A stretch of 64,000 nucleotides of DNA from the human T2T-CHM13v2.0 reference genome, Homo sapiens. The notes beneath the pieces were generated by a model. It searched no databases. It was not told where the DNA came from and saw only the letters and a program-made list of their open reading frames with translations. Shown piece by piece: positions 57,591-64,000 of the stretch. Numbering within the stretch: the stretch's first letter is position 1; every line of letters begins with the position of its first letter. The stretch lies in NCBI GenBank assembly GCA_009914755.4, contig CP068257.2, positions 28,576,001-28,640,000 of the forward strand. Direction: 5' to 3'. Both the position numbers and the translations under genes were made by a program.

Positions 57591-57870
57591 GCTCAATCTA
57601 TTTAATTCTGGAATTAATATCAGGAACACCTCTTACCTTTATATAGAGTCACCTATCTCTGTGAGAAGTAATTTCAGTAGTAAAAACAGCAGTTTACTCT
57701 TATTTGCTGACTCTTTTATTCTATTTTTCATTTGGTTCAAAAATTGCTGAGGGAAAGGAGTGTTACATTTGGGATCGCCATCAAACCTAACACAAAAATT
57801 CAGATCAATTTTTATGTAGCAAAAGTCGAAGGCCCTATAGAAACATGCAAGGGTAGTTTAGAAGATATGA

Positions 57871-58280
<410 letters not shown>

Positions 58281-60531
58281 TGAAATAGGCATCTTTTATA
58301 CTGAAATGATATTATAATTCACTAGAGAGAGATTCATTACAATGTGTGCCTATTCTAAACCTCACCCAAGAGTTTCTTTGCTCACATAGGTATAGGATAG
58401 TGACTCATACCACGGACCTTTGAGGCATAATTAAAGCAAAAACCTAAAATATTTTCTTCTTTAAGAAAAAAAACAGTCTTCTGGTCAACTACGTATTAAA
58501 TGCACTTATGATTTTTATAGATGTAGCCTAAAATGACAAGTATATAGCATAAACTCTAAGAGTTAGCTCAGAAGAACAAATGCGGTCTGTGATGGTTATG
58601 AAGGTATGGTCTGTTTTAAACGTTACTTGTTATGTTCTGTCAACAGGGGGCACTAGAGAGTAACAGGCAGGAGGAGAAAGGAACTGTTCCTTCTTTGCCT
58701 TTCTGTTTCTGTAATGTCACTGTGGCAATGGCAGTTGGTTCCAGTTCCCCCCTCCCACCTTCTGATTTGAAGAACTAGTCTCATTGAATTCCCACCAGAG
58801 ACCAGCACACCCCAACAGCAGTGCCCCCTCCATAGAGGTCTGGCTCACCATTCCACAGGGTCCCCCTGTTCCACCGTCTGAACTGTGCCTCTCTTCAGAG
58901 ATCAGTCTCACTCCCCTAGCACTTATTGGATTCTAGCAACCCTGACTTCTTCCCTTTGTCCCAGATCTCACGGGTGAGGCTGCTTCCTGCAATTACTATC
59001 CCCATCATCTTGGCATTTCCAGTCCTCTAATACATGCCTAACCAATTCTCTATATTATATTGCCCTGGTTTCTGTTTTCCTGCGTGGACTCTGAGCAGTT
59101 GCCCAATGCTAGGCATACCATATACATTTAGGAAAAGTTAAACTCCCAAATGGGCTTTCTCCAACCACTCTGGATCCACAGCTAACATTCAATATCCAAG
59201 TCAGTTCTAGAACATGTCAGCATCATCCACTCATCAAATCAGTAGTCATGTGAACAGATGGTGCTCAGTAGCACTTCTAGAAGTAAAATGTTAAAGAAGA
59301 AAGTTCTCAAACAAAAACCCTTGACCATCATACTTATTGCACAGTATCTTTGCAATTAGGGCAAGGGTCAAAAGCCGGCAATATGAACTGGTTTCTGAGA
59401 AATAAGCTTAAATTATTTATGCATTCTTTAAAATTGTTTCTAAGTTACATTATTTTACAACTAAAGTTGCCTCCAGACAAGAATAACGAGAGAGAATGAG
59501 ACAAAGAAAAAGGATGTTTGGGGGTACGGGGCAAAGGAAACAGAACTGCTTGTTCTTGCCTTATGTTGAAATTCCATTCTTCAGACTGATTTAGCAACTA
59601 TAATAAAACTCACTCAGCAGTTTGAAAAACTAAATAAAAATTATCCTCATTGCTTTTTCTGAGCCTGTAAAAGATTGTAGTTTTTAATGATAATCCATTT
59701 GTGGAGTCTTCCATTGCCCACTATCTCTCCCTGTGATCAGGTTATATTCTGGTGCCCGGCTAAAATCAACTTTTGATCTTCAGCATTCCTTGAGTTTCTA
59801 ATTATGATGATCTCACCTATCAGTGTGCCTCTCCTTTCTTTGTTTGCATTTTCCTTTTATTTTATGGCTGTAGAAATAAACACATGTTATCTCTGGATCT
59901 TCATATCAGGAGGGGATATATGACTTGATAAGCTTTCTCATCAGCTGTTGAAAATAGTCAGATTCCAGCCCAACCAAACTGGAGTTAATATGTTGCTTGC
60001 AAAAATATGTCAGACTTTTTATTGTGTTACTCTTTTAAAAGGTTAATAATTGTAGAGTTTAAATGGTCAAGGTTAAGGTGAACCTTATTATTACCTGATT
60101 ATGATATTTAATGTCTTTAGTTGTGAAATCAGTTCCATCAGACATGGGGCCTGGTGTCTACTGAAAGCTTTAATGATCTGGCCCGGGGTCCAGGCAGATT
60201 TTACTAGTACACTTAGGTACATGTGTTTTACAAGAAGGGTGGAGTCTCTCAGTTAAAATGACTGCAGTTTGCAGCTTCTCTTCCGAAAATTAACTCATGG
60301 AGGAAATTCTGGTCTCCTATGGCACTTCCTCTGTTTTTCTTCTTTTGAAACATAAATTAGCATTAGCCCAAACACAGGGTCTTGAGGAAATATGTAAGTT
60401 AGGTATAAAGCTTCCATTGGTAGCTCTTGGCAATTCAGTAATTAAGGTGTAACAAAACTAAATGCATCTCTACTGATTTAATGGCTTATTTGTGACATGT
60501 AATAAAAATATGCCTGTATCTTTAAAAGTCA

Positions 60532-60974
<443 letters not shown>

Positions 60975-61861
60975 TCATCATATTTTAGAGGTGTAAGTGT
61001 TCATTAAATTCAACCTCTTCTTTTTTTCTGGTAGGGAATCTGAGGCCCAGAGACAAAATGTGACAATACCAGCACTAGAGAATAACCTCCTATTCCCAAG
61101 CCCAGTCTCCTTTTACGACTCTGTGCCCTGTCTCTTGTCTCCAGTCATCTGCCTGACTTGGCTGCAGTGACAGGCATCATCTCTACTTCCCACAAATATG
61201 TATGTGGTCCCACAGGCCACCAGGCAACTATCCAAATGGCCTTTAGATTTTATGTAGAAAAGTTGAAGGACTGTTCACTTGCAAGAATTCATTGGTTTTA
61301 TATTTTAAAGACTTAAATGATCCGGGAAATTGCTTTCTCGGTCCCATGTTCTGTCTCAGGATAGCAAAATATATAGGGCATCCCTGCGATTGGACACAGA
61401 CTTCTAAAATCAACACGATGTTTCTAACAGCCTTGTTCACTGATACCCTCAACCCTATTTGGTAGTGATCATGAAAACCCTCTGCCTTTAACAGTTTATT
61501 TTAGAATATGTTGCATAGCTATTTCTGAAGCTGTTTACATGGAGATAATGATAAATATGCACCAAGTTTCATGTATGGAATAAAGTTTCATAACTTGGTA
61601 AACAGATGTTGACGGCATGGAATGATGTTTTGCAATCACTGAAAACAGCAGAACTTCTGGGCTTGGGACTCTGGGGTTGAGGTCCCCTTATGCTTTTGAT
61701 TACCACAGAATGTGAGCCTACACTGGAATCAGAAGAATAAAATTGTGCCCTAAATTTAGATTAGAGAAGGATTTGGGGCTGGTTTTGTGTCTGGTTAAAC
61801 CATCATCACCTAAAATTATTGTTTCAGTGTGTGCTTCCTGGAAATATGTATCCCAGAATAT

Positions 61862-62175
61862 TTTTTGAATTTTTATTTTTAGAGACAGTCTTGTTCTGTT
61901 GCCCGGGCTGGAGTGCAGAGGGGTGCAATTATAGCTCACTGCAGCCTCAAACTCCTGGGCTCAAGTGATCCTCTCATCTCAGCTTTCCAAACAGCTGGGA
62001 CTATAGACATAATCATGCCCAGCTAATTTTTATATTCTTTTCTTTTTTATTTTTAGAGGTGAAGTGAAGTCTTACTACTTTGCCCAGGCTGGTCTTCAGC
62101 TCCTGGCCTGAAGCCATCCTCCCATCTCAGCCTCCCTATTAGCTGAGATTACAGGCTCAAGCCAACATGACCAGC
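61862..62175 (-). mobile_element. Old diverged Alu (AluJ/FLAM-like), minus orientation
   Basis: tttttagagacagtcttgttctgttgcccgggctggagtgcagaggggtgcaattatagctcactgcagcctcaaactcctgggctcaagtgatcctctcatctcagc...ctttgcccaggctggtcttcagctcctggcctgaagccatcctcccatctcagcctccctattagctgagattacaggctcaagccaacatgaccagc. Confidence 0.8.
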
Positions 62176-63541
62176 TCTTCCAGGAATTGTGTATAATAAT
62201 TTTTCTGCCACGGTATGGCTGTGGTTGAGAAAACCTTCACTGTGCCTTCACATTCAGGTTGGTTAGGTACTTTTTAGACTAATGAGTTCATGCATTCTCT
62301 GGAATGAGTAGAGAAATGTTCCTTGAAAACCACCACAACTATCTTGATCAGATAGAGCTGTCATACCTGGTCCCTGGAATACTTGTGCTTTTATATTATG
62401 TTTCTATTAATATTTTATAACACTACTATGGTTTTTTTTTATCTAAAAGCAGAGAGAACTGTAGATGTTCTATGCCTCTGGCTGGATTGCACTGTTACAC
62501 TTAAAATCTCTATTACCTATCTTTCAAGAGAGGCAAGGAAAAAAAAGGAAAAAAAAATACGCTGGCTAAGTTCTCTCTTCTTTATCAACAGTTTTCTAAG
62601 TTATGGAGATAACATTCTTTATTATGATAATTATGCCCATGTCTTAAACCAATAATTAAAATAGAAAAAAAGCAGTAAATATGTATTTTCAAAAATAGTA
62701 GAACTATGACTTCTGGATATATACATAACAAGTTTAAGAATCATGATGAAAAGACATATATGTGTATTCATACACATCTATAAGCTCACATACCTATTCA
62801 CAATTATTCATAAAGTTAGCATAGTTATTGCCTTTATCTGATTCCAAGATAATCTTCAAAGAACCCATTAGCTTTAGTAGAAATTCAAACATTAGTCATC
62901 ATCCACATTAAGAGTTTGTAAGAGATGGAATTCAGAGAGTCAGATGTGACTTACCGTGGTGGGGAGGCCTGGGGCAGGATGAGATTAATTCATCTCCAGT
63001 TTGAGGGTCTTTCTAGTTTATTGGGATGCCAAGGTTATGTGTTTTCAAGTCAATGATTCTCATATGAGGCCAGGAAGGGGAGTTGCTGGAAAATGTTTAA
63101 ACAATCCTCTTCCCTGCCCTTTCCTTTCCTTTTACATGCTTTCCCTTACCTTCCTTTTCCCATTCCTCTTTATCTCCACCCCATTTCCTTCTCTCTTCTT
63201 GTTGATGGCGGTGGCCCATGCTACGTGTTCCAAGCCAGAAATTAAGAGCACTCTTGACTAAAGTTATACCTTTTTCTTTGAAAATTTACTTGTTTATTCC
63301 TATTCTAGACTATTTCCCTCGAATTCAGGCAAGATCAGGAGTACAAGTTCTAAATTTTATAAGGTTCTTCCCCCAAATTTTAGTTCTGTTTGGAACCAGT
63401 TCTTAAATATTTTAATTTGTAGATATTGCCTCCATGTGAGACATTCTCATGTGCCTTCTTGCTCTATGTGTTGTGGAATGAAAATGTATGTAATTCAGTA
63501 CTTCAGGAAAATGTTCTTTCCCAGAGGGAAATGCTACCTAT

Positions 63542-63855
63542 GGCCAGGCACAGTGGCTCACACCTGTAATACCAGTGCTTTAGGGGGCCAATATGGGAGG
63601 ATTGATTGAGGCCAGAAGTTCCAGACCAGCTCTTCAAAATAGACCCCTTCTCTGCATAATAATAACAATAATAATAATAACAAAAATTAGCCAATTGTGG
63701 TGGCGCACACCTGTGGTCACAGCTACTCAGGGGGTGAGGCTGCAGGATTGTTGAAGCCGAAGATTTTGAAGCTACCGTGAGCTATGATTGTGACACTGCA
63801 CTCCGGCCTGGGAGACAAAACAAGGTCCTGTCTCTAAAAAAATAAAAAATAAAGA
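63542..63855 (+). mobile_element. Alu (AluJ-like) with (TAA)n-expanded middle linker
   Basis: ggccaggcacagtggctcacacctgtaataccagtgctttagggggccaatatgggaggattgattgaggccagaagttccagaccagc...taataataacaataataataataacaaaaattagccaattgtggtggcgcacacctgtggtcacagctactcaggg...gacactgcactccggcctgggagacaaaacaaggtcctgtctctaaaaaaataaaaaataaag. Confidence 0.88.
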
Positions 63856-64000
63856 TTATGTATGCTGGGCACAAATTGTTCCTGGCATCTTTCCTTTAGT
63901 TTCCTAACTTAAGGCATCAAATGGAGTGTAGATGGCACAATCTGATCTTGGAGTACCAATGTTGAGAGGTAGGAAGATTGTAATATTTTTCTTGGGCCCG

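Overview
This window is primate (human) nuclear DNA, not a prokaryotic or mobile-system locus. Prokaryotic feature classes do not apply here: operons, CRISPR arrays and RBS-led gene clusters are absent. The window carries about 30 Alu elements in both orientations. It also carries three 3-prime-truncated-to-the-left L1 fragments, several MIR fragments, multiple ERVL-MaLR LTRs (THE1/MST-like and MLT-like), a MADE1 mariner MITE and many microsatellites. It has long AT-rich stretches with strong CpG depletion.

The only intact protein-coding gene is a single-exon 225-aa claudin ORF on the minus strand (5115-5792). I recognise its translation as human claudin-8 (CLDN8). CLDN8 lies next to CLDN17 at chr21q22.11, so this is very probably that locus. 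The second protein-related feature is a 5-prime-truncated, frameshifted processed pseudogene of ribosomal protein L8 (minus strand, about 53205-53765).

Everything else that produces ORFs in the six-frame track is repeat-derived: Alu, LTR, L1 or simple-repeat translations. I see no evidence for an undescribed biological system.

The items worth a second look are structural:
- a 7-copy VNTR with variable (TA)n cores at 135-487;
- a roughly 150-bp inverted repeat pair flanking an Alu at 7059-8054;
- a roughly 115-bp tandem duplication at 20318-20548;
- a local partial duplication at 46621-46800 and 47443-47615, next to a 230-bp polypyrimidine tract;
- an Alu whose first 55 bp are inverted in place at 33218-33480;
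- an Alu with a roughly 45-A expanded linker at 16362-16408.

All coordinates for repeats are approximate (about plus or minus 10 bp), because they were read by eye against remembered consensus sequences.
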